DNA of 64,000 bases from Pedobacter sp. (GCA_008015505.1 SSFR01000004.1:15194-79193); one strand, 5' to 3'. Shown: positions 9,561 to 19,426, counted from the stretch's first letter. The notes: generated by a model from the letters alone, not told the origin. A program made the numbers and translations.

Positions 9561-10328
9561 ATGAGACAAAAAATTGTTGCGGGTAACTGGAAAATGAACA
9601 CCAATTACGTTTCGGGCTTAGCCTTATTTTCCGAAATACTTCATATGGTGAATGCTGAAGCACTCAATGATCAAAAAGTAATTGTTTGTGCGCCATTCCT
9701 TTCTTTAAATAGTTTAACTCAACTAGCCAAGGGGCATAAAAGCCTATATATTGGTGCTCAAAACTGTCACCAGGAAGATCAAGGTGCATACACCGGTGAG
9801 ATTTCAGCAGCTATGCTTCAAGCTATAGACGTATCTCATGTTATATTGGGACATTCAGAGCGTCGCGAATATTTTGGGGAAACAGATACTTTATTGGCTC
9901 AGAAAGTCAATGCTGCTTTAAGAAATAAACTGACACCTATTTTTTGCATCGGTGAAACTATCGATCAAAGAACCAATCAGACCTATTTTCAAGTGTTGAG
10001 AGAGCAACTGAAACAAGGTTTATTTCATCTATCCAGCCAGGAGTTTAGCAATCAAATAATCATCGCTTATGAGCCAGTTTGGGCTATTGGTACTGGACTG
10101 ACTGCAAGCCCCGAACAAGCACAAGAAGTTCATGCGTTTATTCGTAAGGAATTGACTTGGCAGTATGGGCAAGAAATAGCAAATAGTACATCAATCCTTT
10201 ATGGAGGTAGCTGCAATGTGCAAAACGCCACTAGTCTTTTTACACAACCAGATATTGATGGGGGACTCATTGGAGGAGCGTCTTTAAAGTCTCGGGATTT
10301 TGTAGATATCATAAAAGTGTTTAACTGA
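9561..10328 (+). CDS. tpiA: Triosephosphate isomerase
   Basis: VAGNWKMN, ILGHSERR, AYEPVWAIGTG and LIGGASL motifs. Confidence 0.98.
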   Translation: MRQKIVAGNWKMNTNYVSGLALFSEILHMVNAEALNDQKVIVCAPFLSLNSLTQLAKGHKSLYIGAQNCHQEDQGAYTGEISAAMLQAIDVSHVILGHSERREYFGETDTLLAQKVNAALRNKLTPIFCIGETIDQRTNQTYFQVLREQLKQGLFHLSSQEFSNQIIIAYEPVWAIGTGLTASPEQAQEVHAFIRKELTWQYGQEIANSTSILYGGSCNVQNATSLFTQPDIDGGLIGGASLKSRDFVDIIKVFN

Positions 10329-10331
10329 AGA

Positions 10332-11192
10332 ATGGATTATCAAGAATTAACATTTACAACTGCATCACTAAAAGACTACGGACAAGATTTACTGATCGAT
10401 GCATTAGCTCAAATTGGTTTTGATTCATTTGAAGAGACAGATCAAGGGTTTAAAGCATATATCCCATGGTCGACATTTGATCAAACTATACTCGACAATA
10501 CACTGAATCAAACTTTAATTTCTTTCGAAGAGGATCCATCTGCTATCACTTATTCGAGTCATTTAATTCCTCATACCAATTGGAATCAAGCCTGGGAAAG
10601 CAATTTTGAGCCAATCACGATTGGCAAGAAATGCTATGTTCGAGCTACATTTCACGAGCCACATCCGGAATATCCTCACGAGTTAATCATTGATCCCAAA
10701 ATGGCCTTTGGTACGGGACATCATCAAACCACTGCACTCATGATGGAAATGATGCTTGAACACGTATTCGAAAAAAGAGCAGTATTAGATATGGGTTGTG
10801 GAACAGGTATCTTGGCCATTCTTGCTTCAAAATTAGGGGCTAGTCCGATCGCTGCTATCGATTGTGACGAGATGTGTATTACCAGTGTCCAGGAAAATCT
10901 TGGGCTTAATCAAGTTGAGAACGTGACTACGTATTGTGGTTCCAAAGAAGCCATCCCTAATCAACATTTTGATATCATATTAGCCAATATCAATCGTAAT
11001 ATTTTATTAGATCAACTAGCTAATTATTCAGAATCATTGGTTGATGGCGGTCTACTTTTTTTAAGTGGATTTTACCAAGAACCCGATCTACCTATTCTAA
11101 TTAAGGAAGGGCACTCAAATGGCTTAAAATACATTACTCACAGCAGCTCAGAGAACTGGGTGGCTGCCAAGTTTATTAAAAACGGTACATAA
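10332..11192 (+). CDS. prmA: 50S ribosomal protein L11 methyltransferase
   Basis: IIDPKMAFGTGHHQTT, LDMGCGTGILAI and ILANIN motifs. Confidence 0.95.
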   Translation: MDYQELTFTTASLKDYGQDLLIDALAQIGFDSFEETDQGFKAYIPWSTFDQTILDNTLNQTLISFEEDPSAITYSSHLIPHTNWNQAWESNFEPITIGKKCYVRATFHEPHPEYPHELIIDPKMAFGTGHHQTTALMMEMMLEHVFEKRAVLDMGCGTGILAILASKLGASPIAAIDCDEMCITSVQENLGLNQVENVTTYCGSKEAIPNQHFDIILANINRNILLDQLANYSESLVDGGLLFLSGFYQEPDLPILIKEGHSNGLKYITHSSSENWVAAKFIKNGT

Positions 11193-11207
11193 AAGAACAG
11201 CTTACTC

Positions 11208-12581
11208 ATGACTAAGAAGCGGATACATCTCATTGCAATAGGAGGAAGTGTGATGCATAATTTGGCTATTGCACTTGCTAAAAAAGGATATCAAGTAACA
11301 GGTTCCGACGATATGATTACTGAACCTTCCAGGTCACGTTTGATGCAACATCATTTATTACCAACTACTGAGGGCTGGAATGTAAATAATATCCATGCTG
11401 ACTTAGACGTTGTGATCTTAGGAATGCACGCCAAAGCAGATAATCCAGAATTATTGAAAGCACAAAAGATGGGAATACCTATTTATTCCTATCCAGCGTA
11501 CATCTACGAGCAATCAAAAGATAAGCTCCGTGTGGTGATTGGCGGTAGTCACGGCAAAACGACGATTACAGCCATGATTATTCATGTACTGAACTATCAC
11601 GGCAAAAACTTTGATTATTTAGTAGGTGCACAGCTTGACGGTTTTGATACTATGGTGAAGCTCACAGAAGATGCGCCATGGATAATTATTGAAGGAGATG
11701 AATATTTGGCTTCGCCGATTGATCAAAGACCAAAATTCCATTTATACAAAGCTGATATTGCTGTGTTGAGTGGTATAGCTTGGGACCATATCAATGTATT
11801 TCCAACTTTTGAGACTTATAAAGAACAGTTTGTTTTGTTTTTAGAGACAATTAAACCCAGGGGTACACTTATTTACTGTAATGAAGACACTGAATTAAAA
11901 AGAATTGTTGACGGGGATCTCAACAACTTGATAAAAATACCTTACCAAATCCCCGACCATCAAATTGAATCAGGAATTACCAAATTAATCGTTAATAAAA
12001 GAAAGATACCATTACAAATTTTTGGAGATCACAACCTACTGAATTTAACTGCTGCAAAATTTGTGTGTACAGCACTAGGATTACAAGAGGAAAATTTTTA
12101 CGAAGCCATTCAAAGTTTCAAAGGGGCGGCCAAGCGTTTGGAGTTACTAGGCAAAAATGAACACGTAGTTATATTTAAAGATTTTGCTCATTCACCATCA
12201 AAAGTACGAGCAACAATACATGCTGTAAAAACACAATATATTAACAAAAAGTTAATTTCTGTCTTAGAGTTACACACGTTTAGTAGTTTAAATGAGACAT
12301 TTCTCACGCAATATGCAGGCACTATGGATGAAGCGGATCAGGTTATTATTTTTTGTAACGAAGCTACTTTATCCCACAAAGGAGCAAAAAAAATTGATTT
12401 ATTGGCTATGAATAAATTTTTTCGTAACTTAGAGTTAGAATATTTTTCTTCTCCTGACAATTTGGAGAAGTACCTAAGTAGCCTGAACTACGAGAACAAA
12501 GTACTGCTGCTAATGAGTTCAGGCAATTTTGGAAATATGAATCTTTTAACATTAAAAGATAAAATCTTATCAAAATATTAG
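11208..12581 (+). CDS. mpl: Mur ligase, Mpl-like (murein tripeptide ligase)
   Basis: IHLIAIGGSVMHNLA, GGSHGKTTIT P-loop, EGDEY, DHINVF and DFAHSP motifs. Confidence 0.7.
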   Translation: MTKKRIHLIAIGGSVMHNLAIALAKKGYQVTGSDDMITEPSRSRLMQHHLLPTTEGWNVNNIHADLDVVILGMHAKADNPELLKAQKMGIPIYSYPAYIYEQSKDKLRVVIGGSHGKTTITAMIIHVLNYHGKNFDYLVGAQLDGFDTMVKLTEDAPWIIIEGDEYLASPIDQRPKFHLYKADIAVLSGIAWDHINVFPTFETYKEQFVLFLETIKPRGTLIYCNEDTELKRIVDGDLNNLIKIPYQIPDHQIESGITKLIVNKRKIPLQIFGDHNLLNLTAAKFVCTALGLQEENFYEAIQSFKGAAKRLELLGKNEHVVIFKDFAHSPSKVRATIHAVKTQYINKKLISVLELHTFSSLNETFLTQYAGTMDEADQVIIFCNEATLSHKGAKKIDLLAMNKFFRNLELEYFSSPDNLEKYLSSLNYENKVLLLMSSGNFGNMNLLTLKDKILSKY

Positions 12582-12640
12582 GTATATTTAACGAATTATA
12601 TATAATAACTATTAAGAATAAATAAAACAACAATTGTAAA

Positions 12641-12973
12641 ATGAAAACTTTAGGTAAAAAAATTAAGCTATTGAGACATCAGAGAAGTTGGAATCAAGAG
12701 GATATGGCTAAACGGCTAGACATTTCAATACCCGCATTTTCTAAAATAGAAACAGGTATAACAGATGTTAATCTGTCCCGGTTGGAGCAGATTTCAAGCT
12801 TGTTTGATATGGATGTTGTTCAGCTACTTACCTATAATGATGACAATAAAGAGTCGAAAAAGAATGCCTCTGAGTTAGAAGCTCTAGTAGGTAAAGTAAA
12901 AGAACGTGAAGCAGAAATTGTTCAACTTCAAAAGAAAATAATCGATCTATATGAAGAGCTCAGACGTTCATAA
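12641..12973 (+). CDS. XRE-family helix-turn-helix regulator with a coiled-coil C-terminus
   Basis: LGKKIKLLRHQRSWNQEDMAKRLDISIPAFSKIETG. Confidence 0.9.
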   Translation: MKTLGKKIKLLRHQRSWNQEDMAKRLDISIPAFSKIETGITDVNLSRLEQISSLFDMDVVQLLTYNDDNKESKKNASELEALVGKVKEREAEIVQLQKKIIDLYEELRRS

Positions 12974-12988
12974 ACCCAGCTCGGGAAT

Positions 12989-13030
12989 AAAAAACCTTCT
13001 CGAAGAACCAAACTTAGGGAAGGTTTTTTT
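12989..13030. terminator. Bidirectional intrinsic terminator between convergent genes
   Basis: Inverted repeat aaaaaaccttc...gaaggtttttt with A/T tracts. Confidence 0.65.
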
Positions 13031-13039
13031 ATCTATATC

Positions 13040-14158
13040 TTAAAATATTTTCTTCATTGTGGCGTGCTTTTTTCCGAATTTAGCACCTGTTGCTTTGTGT
13101 ATAGCCATCATTTTATCATTAAAATCGCCAACCCACGAGAGCTCTACCTCTGTATATTGTTGTTTCGGAATAACATATTCTTTTAGTTTAATGAATAACG
13201 CTGATTCCAGACCATGATTTTGAAAAGCAGATTTAGTACCCATAACAATAACTCGCATTCGAGATACACCCCTCCATTTCCTATATGCAAATTTTATTTT
13301 TTCTATAAAGCCAAGCTTCCCATTTAGGGATTTAATCATCTGATTAACATCTGGAAGAATAACAATAAATGATGCTGGTTCGTCATCTACATAGGCAAAC
13401 CAAATTAACTTTTCGTCCATAATGGTTTTCATCTTATGTAAACTCTCCATGACACTAGATCTGGTAATGGGAATAAAGTTTTCAAAGTCTTTCCAAGCGT
13501 CGTTATAAATCTCAATAAAATCAGAGCCGAATTGTTCGATATCTTTAATTCGAAAATGTTCAAATCGATAACCTGGCTTCTTGGATACCCATTCCGCTAT
13601 TTTTGTAAAACGTTCTGGAAAAGGTTTTAGAATATCAAGATGATTGGTAATTTGTTCGTACAGTACAGTAAAACCGTATTGATCAAAAAACGTTTTATAA
13701 TACGGTGGATTATAGTTCATCCCATAAGAAGGTGGTGTAAAACCCTCGATGAGCAAACCCCAATAGTTATTATTCTCTCCAAAGTTTATGGGGCCCATCA
13801 TGGCCTTCATTCCACGCTTTTTGAGCCAATCTTTTGCGGTGTTAAAAAGTAACTCAGCCACCTGATAGTTATTAATACACTCAAAAAAGCCCATGCCGCC
13901 TGTGGGTTCTTCCGTTTGGTACGCTTTTAAGTCGTTAATAAAAGCCGCAACTCGCCCAATGAGCTTTCCATCACTCGACTGAAGAATCCAACGTGTACAA
14001 CTTCCGTGGGTATAGAAACTATTTTTTTGAGGGTCAAAAACTGCTCTAATATCAGTATCAAGCGGACAAATCCAGGAGGAATCATGCTTATAAATTTCTC
14101 TGGGGACATCTATAAAAAGCTTGTCAGCTATTTGGTCATTTACTTCAGTTAATATCAT
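13040..14158 (-). CDS. YghO-like GNAT-fold protein; candidate bacterial ceramide synthase family member
   Basis: FIDVPREIY..W.CPL, GRVAAFIN, GFFECIN, MGPINF, MNYNPPYY and ELSWVGDFN pattern, recognised from memory of this family. Confidence 0.6.
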   Translation of the reverse strand: MILTEVNDQIADKLFIDVPREIYKHDSSWICPLDTDIRAVFDPQKNSFYTHGSCTRWILQSSDGKLIGRVAAFINDLKAYQTEEPTGGMGFFECINNYQVAELLFNTAKDWLKKRGMKAMMGPINFGENNNYWGLLIEGFTPPSYGMNYNPPYYKTFFDQYGFTVLYEQITNHLDILKPFPERFTKIAEWVSKKPGYRFEHFRIKDIEQFGSDFIEIYNDAWKDFENFIPITRSSVMESLHKMKTIMDEKLIWFAYVDDEPASFIVILPDVNQMIKSLNGKLGFIEKIKFAYRKWRGVSRMRVIVMGTKSAFQNHGLESALFIKLKEYVIPKQQYTEVELSWVGDFNDKMMAIHKATGAKFGKKHATMKKIF

Positions 14159-14189
14159 ATACTACATTTACGCTTGCCAATTCAACACA

Positions 14190-14221
14190 AAAAGCATCCA
14201 GAAATTCATCTGAATGCTTTT
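14190..14221. terminator. Probable intrinsic terminator
   Basis: aaaagcatccag-aaattcat-ctgaatgctttt. Confidence 0.5.
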
Positions 14222-14247
14222 GGGTGTCCAATGTATGGACTTTTTAA

Positions 14248-14439
14248 TTAAAAGTCATCGTCTTCGTCATCTTCAAAATTATCGAACCTTAAATCATCAT
14301 CATATAAAGGTGTATCAAGATCATCATCATCTCCAAGGGACTCTTTGGATTTAGGATTTGTTGGCGCTTTTGGATTTTTTTCAATTCCACCTTTTTGTGT
14401 GTCCTCTGCAGAGGTGCTTTTTGGCGATTTTTTTGACAT
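14248..14439 (-). CDS. Small disordered protein with a basic N-terminus and a very acidic C-terminus
   Basis: MSKKSPKS...DDDDLDTPLYDDDLRFDNFEDDEDDDF. It fills the intergenic gap on the same strand as its neighbours, with an AT-rich leader. The ATG could also be 14466. Confidence 0.6.
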   Translation of the reverse strand: MSKKSPKSTSAEDTQKGGIEKNPKAPTNPKSKESLGDDDDLDTPLYDDDLRFDNFEDDEDDDF

Positions 14440-14542
14440 TTTACTGGTATTTAAATTACAAGGCATATGCGTACTCGCATAAAATTATAAAGTTTTTAAA
14501 TTTTTGAAAATTATTTAATAAAATAAGAATATTGATTAATCA

Positions 14543-15118
14543 TTAATCAAAGGGAATGGATGCTTCATTTTTATTAACGATGACCTCATTGAATTGAGGT
14601 AATTCTGTAACTGAATTGATTCCAAGATAGTCCATCAAGGTTGTACTTGTAGCATAAAGTATTGGACGACCAACCATATCCGCCTTCCCAACAATTTTAA
14701 TCAGATCCTTTTCTAACAATTTTTGGATCGTATAATCACAGTTTACGCCTCTTATTTGCTCAATTTCTAGCTTGGTTATGGGCTGCTTATATGCAATAAT
14801 AGCAAGCGTCTCAATCGCAGGTTGACTTAGTTTCTTCTTAGAACGATGAACTTGAAGCTGATTAATCACTGGGTAATATACTCTTTTAGTAAGAAACTGA
14901 TACCCCTCATCAAGATGGATCAACTCAATGGCAAACGAATTAACCTGGTACCGTTCTTTAATGGCTTGTATAGCAGCCAAAACCATTGCTTCGGTAAATT
15001 CCAGACCAAATACTAATCCAATAATATACCGTATCTCAGCAACACTGATACTCCTATCCGATGCAAAAATTAGTGCTTCTATATGCTGTTCAATAGATGC
15101 CGTTGCTGGTTCATCCAT
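14543..15118 (-). CDS. scpB: SMC-Scp complex subunit ScpB
   Basis: IEALIFAS, LSQPAIETLAIIAYKQPITKLEIEQIRGV and GRPILYATST motifs. -7 box at 15208-15215. Confidence 0.95.
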   Translation of the reverse strand: MDEPATASIEQHIEALIFASDRSISVAEIRYIIGLVFGLEFTEAMVLAAIQAIKERYQVNSFAIELIHLDEGYQFLTKRVYYPVINQLQVHRSKKKLSQPAIETLAIIAYKQPITKLEIEQIRGVNCDYTIQKLLEKDLIKIVGKADMVGRPILYATSTTLMDYLGINSVTELPQFNEVIVNKNEASIPFD

Positions 15119-15254
15119 GGTTAGTAATTGAATGCTAATTTAGTATTAAGTATAAAGCTTATGTATGCCCAACGAAATAGAGTCCATATACTCTTTCTAA
15201 TCGGGCCCAAAAGTAAAAAATATCAAGAAAAAATTAGGAGTTCAAATTTAATTA

Positions 15255-15411
15255 GAGCTTGTTTAAAGTTTATTTTATGAAATTATTGCAGGTTATTTTG
15301 AGCGAAATGAGGTAGATTATAAAGCTATAGCGGGGCTTCTATGGCAAAAAAATCTAACGAAATTGCAGTCAAAAAGAACCAAATAAAATCAAATAAACTT
15401 TAAACAAGCTC
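15255..15411. mobile_element. MITE copy 1 (157 bp, IS5-like ends)
   Basis: Perfect 21-bp TIR gagcttgtttaaagtttattt / aaataaactttaaacaagctc, flanked by a TTA direct repeat (15252-54 and 15412-14). No ORF. Confidence 0.9.
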
Positions 15412-15457
15412 TTAAATTATACCAGTTGGCACCTTTTTTATCGTCTTTTATTATCAC

Positions 15458-16582
15458 TTAATAGTTAATTACTTGTTGAATCATTTGCTTGGGCAAGTCT
15501 CTAAACTCATATTGCTGGGTACGTAGTTGAGGTTCAAAACCTGCCTCTCGGATAGCATCCTGTATGCCTTGTGAAGTGAACCGATGAGGAGCACCTGCAG
15601 CAGAAACTACGTTTTCTTCGATCATGATTGAACCGAAATCATTAGCTCCTGCGTGTAAACAAAGCTGAGCAACTGACTTACCTACTGTTAACCAAGATGC
15701 TTGGATGTTTTTGATATTGGGCAGCATGATACGGCTCAAAGCAATCATACGGATGTATTCATCCCCAGTCACCTGATTGGTAATACCACGTATTTTTTTG
15801 AGCAAGGTACCATCGTCTTGAAAAGGCCAGGGAATAAATGCAACAAAACCCTGGACATGCTCAGGCTTTTCTGACTGCACCCCACGTAGCTGAACCAAAT
15901 GTTCAAAGCGTTCTTCCAATGTTTCTACATGGCCAAACATCATGGTTGCAGAAGTTGGTAATCCCAATTGATGCGCAGCCCGCATGACATCTAGCCACTC
16001 CCGACCCCCACATTTTCCTTTGGAAATTAGGCGGCGGACGCGATCATTTAATATTTCTGCTCCGGCACCTGGTAGTGAGTCTAGTCCAGCTTGCATGAGC
16101 ACTTTCAATACTTCAGTATGACTAATATGCTCAAGCTTGGCAATATGTGCAATCTCTGGTGGACCAAGTGCATGTAACTTAAGCGTAGGATACAGCATTT
16201 TCAGCTCCTTAAACAAATCAGCATAAAAGACTAAGCCCAATTCAGGATGATGCCCCCCTTGTAACAATAACTGATCTCCTCCATAACGAAAAGTCTCTTC
16301 TATTTTTTGCTTATAAACTTCGATATCAGTAATATAGCTCTCCTGATGACCTGGCCTACGAAAGAAATTACAGAATTTACAATTGGCAATGCATACGTTC
16401 GTCGTATTGACATTGCGATCAATCATCCAGGTGACTTTGCCATGAGGAACTTGTTTTTTGCGAAGCTCATTAGCCACATACATCAGCTCAGCTGTAGCAG
16501 CGTGTTTAAACAAAAAAACGCCCTCTTCCTGTGTTAAAAACTCAAAACAAGAAGCGCGATCAAGCAAATCTAAGGTGTTCAT
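15458..16582 (-). CDS. mqnC: Cyclic dehypoxanthinyl futalosine synthase (radical SAM, menaquinone futalosine pathway)
   Basis: DRNVNTTNVCIANCKFCNF (CxxxCxxC), LLQGGHHP, LPGAGAEIL, NIQASW and GANDFGS..IEENVV motifs. Confidence 0.85.
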   Translation of the reverse strand: MNTLDLLDRASCFEFLTQEEGVFLFKHAATAELMYVANELRKKQVPHGKVTWMIDRNVNTTNVCIANCKFCNFFRRPGHQESYITDIEVYKQKIEETFRYGGDQLLLQGGHHPELGLVFYADLFKELKMLYPTLKLHALGPPEIAHIAKLEHISHTEVLKVLMQAGLDSLPGAGAEILNDRVRRLISKGKCGGREWLDVMRAAHQLGLPTSATMMFGHVETLEERFEHLVQLRGVQSEKPEHVQGFVAFIPWPFQDDGTLLKKIRGITNQVTGDEYIRMIALSRIMLPNIKNIQASWLTVGKSVAQLCLHAGANDFGSIMIEENVVSAAGAPHRFTSQGIQDAIREAGFEPQLRTQQYEFRDLPKQMIQQVINY

Positions 16583-16586
16583 CGGG

Positions 16587-16594
16587 CAAAGGTA
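16587..16594 (-). promoter_or_regulatory. -7 box (TACCTTTG) 4 nt before the mqnC ATG, suggesting a very short leader or none
   Basis: caaaggta on the + strand. Confidence 0.5.
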
Positions 16595-16608
16595 CGAGGA
16601 TTCAGCTC

Positions 16609-17370
16609 TTAATCTCTTTTCCTAGCTTGTAAAAGAATATAAGGCGACAAAAGCTTGGATTCAAAAGGGACAAGCTTGGTAAGAACTTTACCAACGTACC
16701 AAATGGTCTTGACAAAAATTTTGGTCAAAAAAGGCTTTTCTTGCTTATTCTCTAGCCACACACTAAAGCGCTGAATATACTTTACCTGAACAGCTACCAA
16801 ACCAAGCTCGTAGCTAATAGAGGTCAACAGCTCCAGATCCATACAGTGGATGTTATGCTTTTGATAATTGGCTGGATCAAATACTTTTTGTATCCAGCCA
16901 TTCACCCCCTTAAAATTAGGTAAGGTGATCCACAGTGTCCCACCAGGTTTTAAAAACCGAATATGACGCTGAAGAATATCTCGAGTGTCCTGAAAATGTT
17001 CAATCAAACCACAAGATAAAACCAAATCGTATTGCTCCTGAGGAGTATACTGGAACACATCTGCTTCGATAACGTGAATATCCGTTTGCCCGAGATTATT
17101 TTTTTCTAATACTTTCTGAAGAATACCCCGATGAATAAAATAATCAAACAACGTGGTTTGAATACCAAAATATTTTTTCAAAAAAATGGCATAATGCCCA
17201 GGAAATCCACCTAATTCAATAGCCGTTTTCGGATGATTCTGATCAATTACTTGCTTAAGCTGCTTATAAAAAAGAAATTCACGGTCAACAGATAATACCA
17301 GATCAGGTTTTGACTCCCAGTACGATGTCCAAAAAGCTTTATCAGTTAGTTGATTTGATTGCTGTTCCAT
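16609..17370 (-). CDS. Class I SAM-dependent methyltransferase
   Basis: IELGGFPG motif I, YDLVLSCGLIEHF and LKPGG. ATG 17370 avoids overlap with the divergent GT4 gene. Confidence 0.85.
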   Translation of the reverse strand: MEQQSNQLTDKAFWTSYWESKPDLVLSVDREFLFYKQLKQVIDQNHPKTAIELGGFPGHYAIFLKKYFGIQTTLFDYFIHRGILQKVLEKNNLGQTDIHVIEADVFQYTPQEQYDLVLSCGLIEHFQDTRDILQRHIRFLKPGGTLWITLPNFKGVNGWIQKVFDPANYQKHNIHCMDLELLTSISYELGLVAVQVKYIQRFSVWLENKQEKPFLTKIFVKTIWYVGKVLTKLVPFESKLLSPYILLQARKRD

Positions 17371-17403
17371 GTCCCGCAAAGGAAATAAAAAGAACTTGTA
17401 CTT

Positions 17404-18687
17404 TTGAGCATCTTGAAAGTCATACACTTAAATACATATGCAGGAAATGGTGGTGCGGGAAGAGCATGTTTACGCCTCAATAAAGCCTTAATTGATCAAG
17501 GGATTGATTCTCAAATCTGGGTCAATTTCTCCTTCGAAGAAAATAATCAGGTATCTAACTTCTCTACAGGTTTTTTTCGAAAATGGATTACTGCTGCTGG
17601 GATTATATTAGAAGGTTTGATCTCTAAAGTCTTCACTAAACGACTCCGAATTCCTTTTTCCATCCCCATATGGGGTCGGGATGTATCTAATCATGCTGCG
17701 TTAAAACAGGCTGATATTATTCATATTCATTGGATCAACCACGCATTTTTACGCCCACGCGATTTAGCAAAACTTGCTCGACTCGACAAACCAATCGTGT
17801 GGACCTTTCATGATGTCAATGCCTGTACAGGAGGTTGTCATTATACCCTGTCTTGTACGCATTATCAGCAAGAATGTGGAAACTGTCCCGTACTCAAATG
17901 GTCGAATGATCAAGACTGGTCACGATGGACATGGCAGACGAAGTATCAAGCGTATCAGCACCTCAATTTTCAAATCATTGCCCCAAGTAAATGGATGGCT
18001 GATTTTGTCCGATCAAGTAAATTACTATCCTCGAGAATGGTTCAAGTGATTCCCAATACATTAGATATGACCATTTTTAAACCCACTTCAAAAGAAGAAG
18101 CAAAAAAGAGCCTGGGAATAACACCAAATCAATTTGTTTTGATTAGTGGCTCCATGCCTTCCAGGCAAGATCTGTATAAAGGAGCCTCTTATCTTTTGGA
18201 AGCTATTCCAATATTTGTTAAACAATTTGCCATCAACCCCGAACAAATTGAACTACTCATCTTCGGAAATCGAGATCAAAAAAGTGTTCCCGACTTTGGA
18301 ATCAAGACGACTTTTTTGGGAACGATATCTGATGATATGCAACTAGCCCTATGTTATAGTGCAGCAGATGTTTTTTTGATTCCTTCTATTGAAGATAATT
18401 TGCCCAATACCGTGATGGAAAGTTTGGCTTGCGGCACGCCTGTTGTTGCTTTTACTACGGGCGGGATACCGGATATGGTTTTGCATCAGCAGAATGGCTA
18501 TTTAGCAGCGTATAAATCCTCCAACTCTTTTGCAGCAGGGATTAACTGGATCTATCAACATCCGCAAAGGGAAAAATTAAATATAGATGCACGTAGAACA
18601 GTGGAGGATCTTTTCTCGGAAGCACTTATTGCTAAAAAACATAAGCTATTCTATCAGCAAGTACTAGATCAACATGTTTCAGCCTAA
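17404..18687 (+). CDS. Glycosyltransferase family 4 (WcaC-like)
   Basis: GGAGRA, VWTFHD..ACTGGCHY and EDNLPNTVMESLACGTPVV motifs; TTG start. Confidence 0.9.
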   Translation: MSILKVIHLNTYAGNGGAGRACLRLNKALIDQGIDSQIWVNFSFEENNQVSNFSTGFFRKWITAAGIILEGLISKVFTKRLRIPFSIPIWGRDVSNHAALKQADIIHIHWINHAFLRPRDLAKLARLDKPIVWTFHDVNACTGGCHYTLSCTHYQQECGNCPVLKWSNDQDWSRWTWQTKYQAYQHLNFQIIAPSKWMADFVRSSKLLSSRMVQVIPNTLDMTIFKPTSKEEAKKSLGITPNQFVLISGSMPSRQDLYKGASYLLEAIPIFVKQFAINPEQIELLIFGNRDQKSVPDFGIKTTFLGTISDDMQLALCYSAADVFLIPSIEDNLPNTVMESLACGTPVVAFTTGGIPDMVLHQQNGYLAAYKSSNSFAAGINWIYQHPQREKLNIDARRTVEDLFSEALIAKKHKLFYQQVLDQHVSA

Positions 18688-19426
18688 GCTCAGCGTCATC
18701 ACTGTAGTCTACAATGGCGTTCAAGATATTGAACGTACGATGCTTTCCGTATTCAATCAAACTTATCCGAACATCGAGTATATCCTAATCGATGGTGGTT
18801 CGACAGATGGGACCCTTGAAATAATCAAAAAATACAAACACCATATAGCCAAATTAAATTCCCAAAAAGATCAGGGCATTTATGATGCAATGAATAAAGG
18901 CTTAGCTCTTGCCTCTGGTGATTATCTTCTTTTTATGAATTCTGGGGATGAAATTTATGCACCAGATACCGTCAAACAGATTTTTTCCACCCGACCCGAT
19001 GCTGATATTTATTATGGAGAAACAGAAATGTATTCCCAGGACCAGCAAGCTTTTGGAAAGCGTCGCCATCAAATACCCGAACATTTTACCTGGAAAAGTT
19101 TCCGATATGGAATGTCTATTAGCCATCAGGCGATCTACATCAGGCGATCAATTACCCAGCCTTATGATCTGACCTACCAATTAAGCGCTGATATTGATTG
19201 GATTATCCAAGCCACTAAAAAAGCCAAACTAACCGTGAATACCAAACAGTACGTGGCTAAGTATCAAATGGGCGGGCTATCTAAAAAAAGACATTTTCAG
19301 AGTCTAAAAGAGCGTTTTCAGATTTTTGTTAAACATTATGGTCTCATCCCTACTCTCATCAACCATGGTATCATTGCCATTCGATGGCTTATCTATTGGA
19401 TACGCCACGGAAAAACAAATGATTAA
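18674..19426 (+). CDS. Glycosyltransferase family 2 (WcaE-like)
   Basis: LSVITVVYN, IDGGSTDGT, DQGIYDAMNKG and ADIDW motifs. Confidence 0.92.
   Translation: MFQPKLSVITVVYNGVQDIERTMLSVFNQTYPNIEYILIDGGSTDGTLEIIKKYKHHIAKLNSQKDQGIYDAMNKGLALASGDYLLFMNSGDEIYAPDTVKQIFSTRPDADIYYGETEMYSQDQQAFGKRRHQIPEHFTWKSFRYGMSISHQAIYIRRSITQPYDLTYQLSADIDWIIQATKKAKLTVNTKQYVAKYQMGGLSKKRHFQSLKERFQIFVKHYGLIPTLINHGIIAIRWLIYWIRHGKTND

Noticed and set aside
17371-17427. Apparent head-to-head overlap of the methyltransferase and GT4 genes
   Set aside because: It disappears if the methyltransferase starts at ATG 17370.
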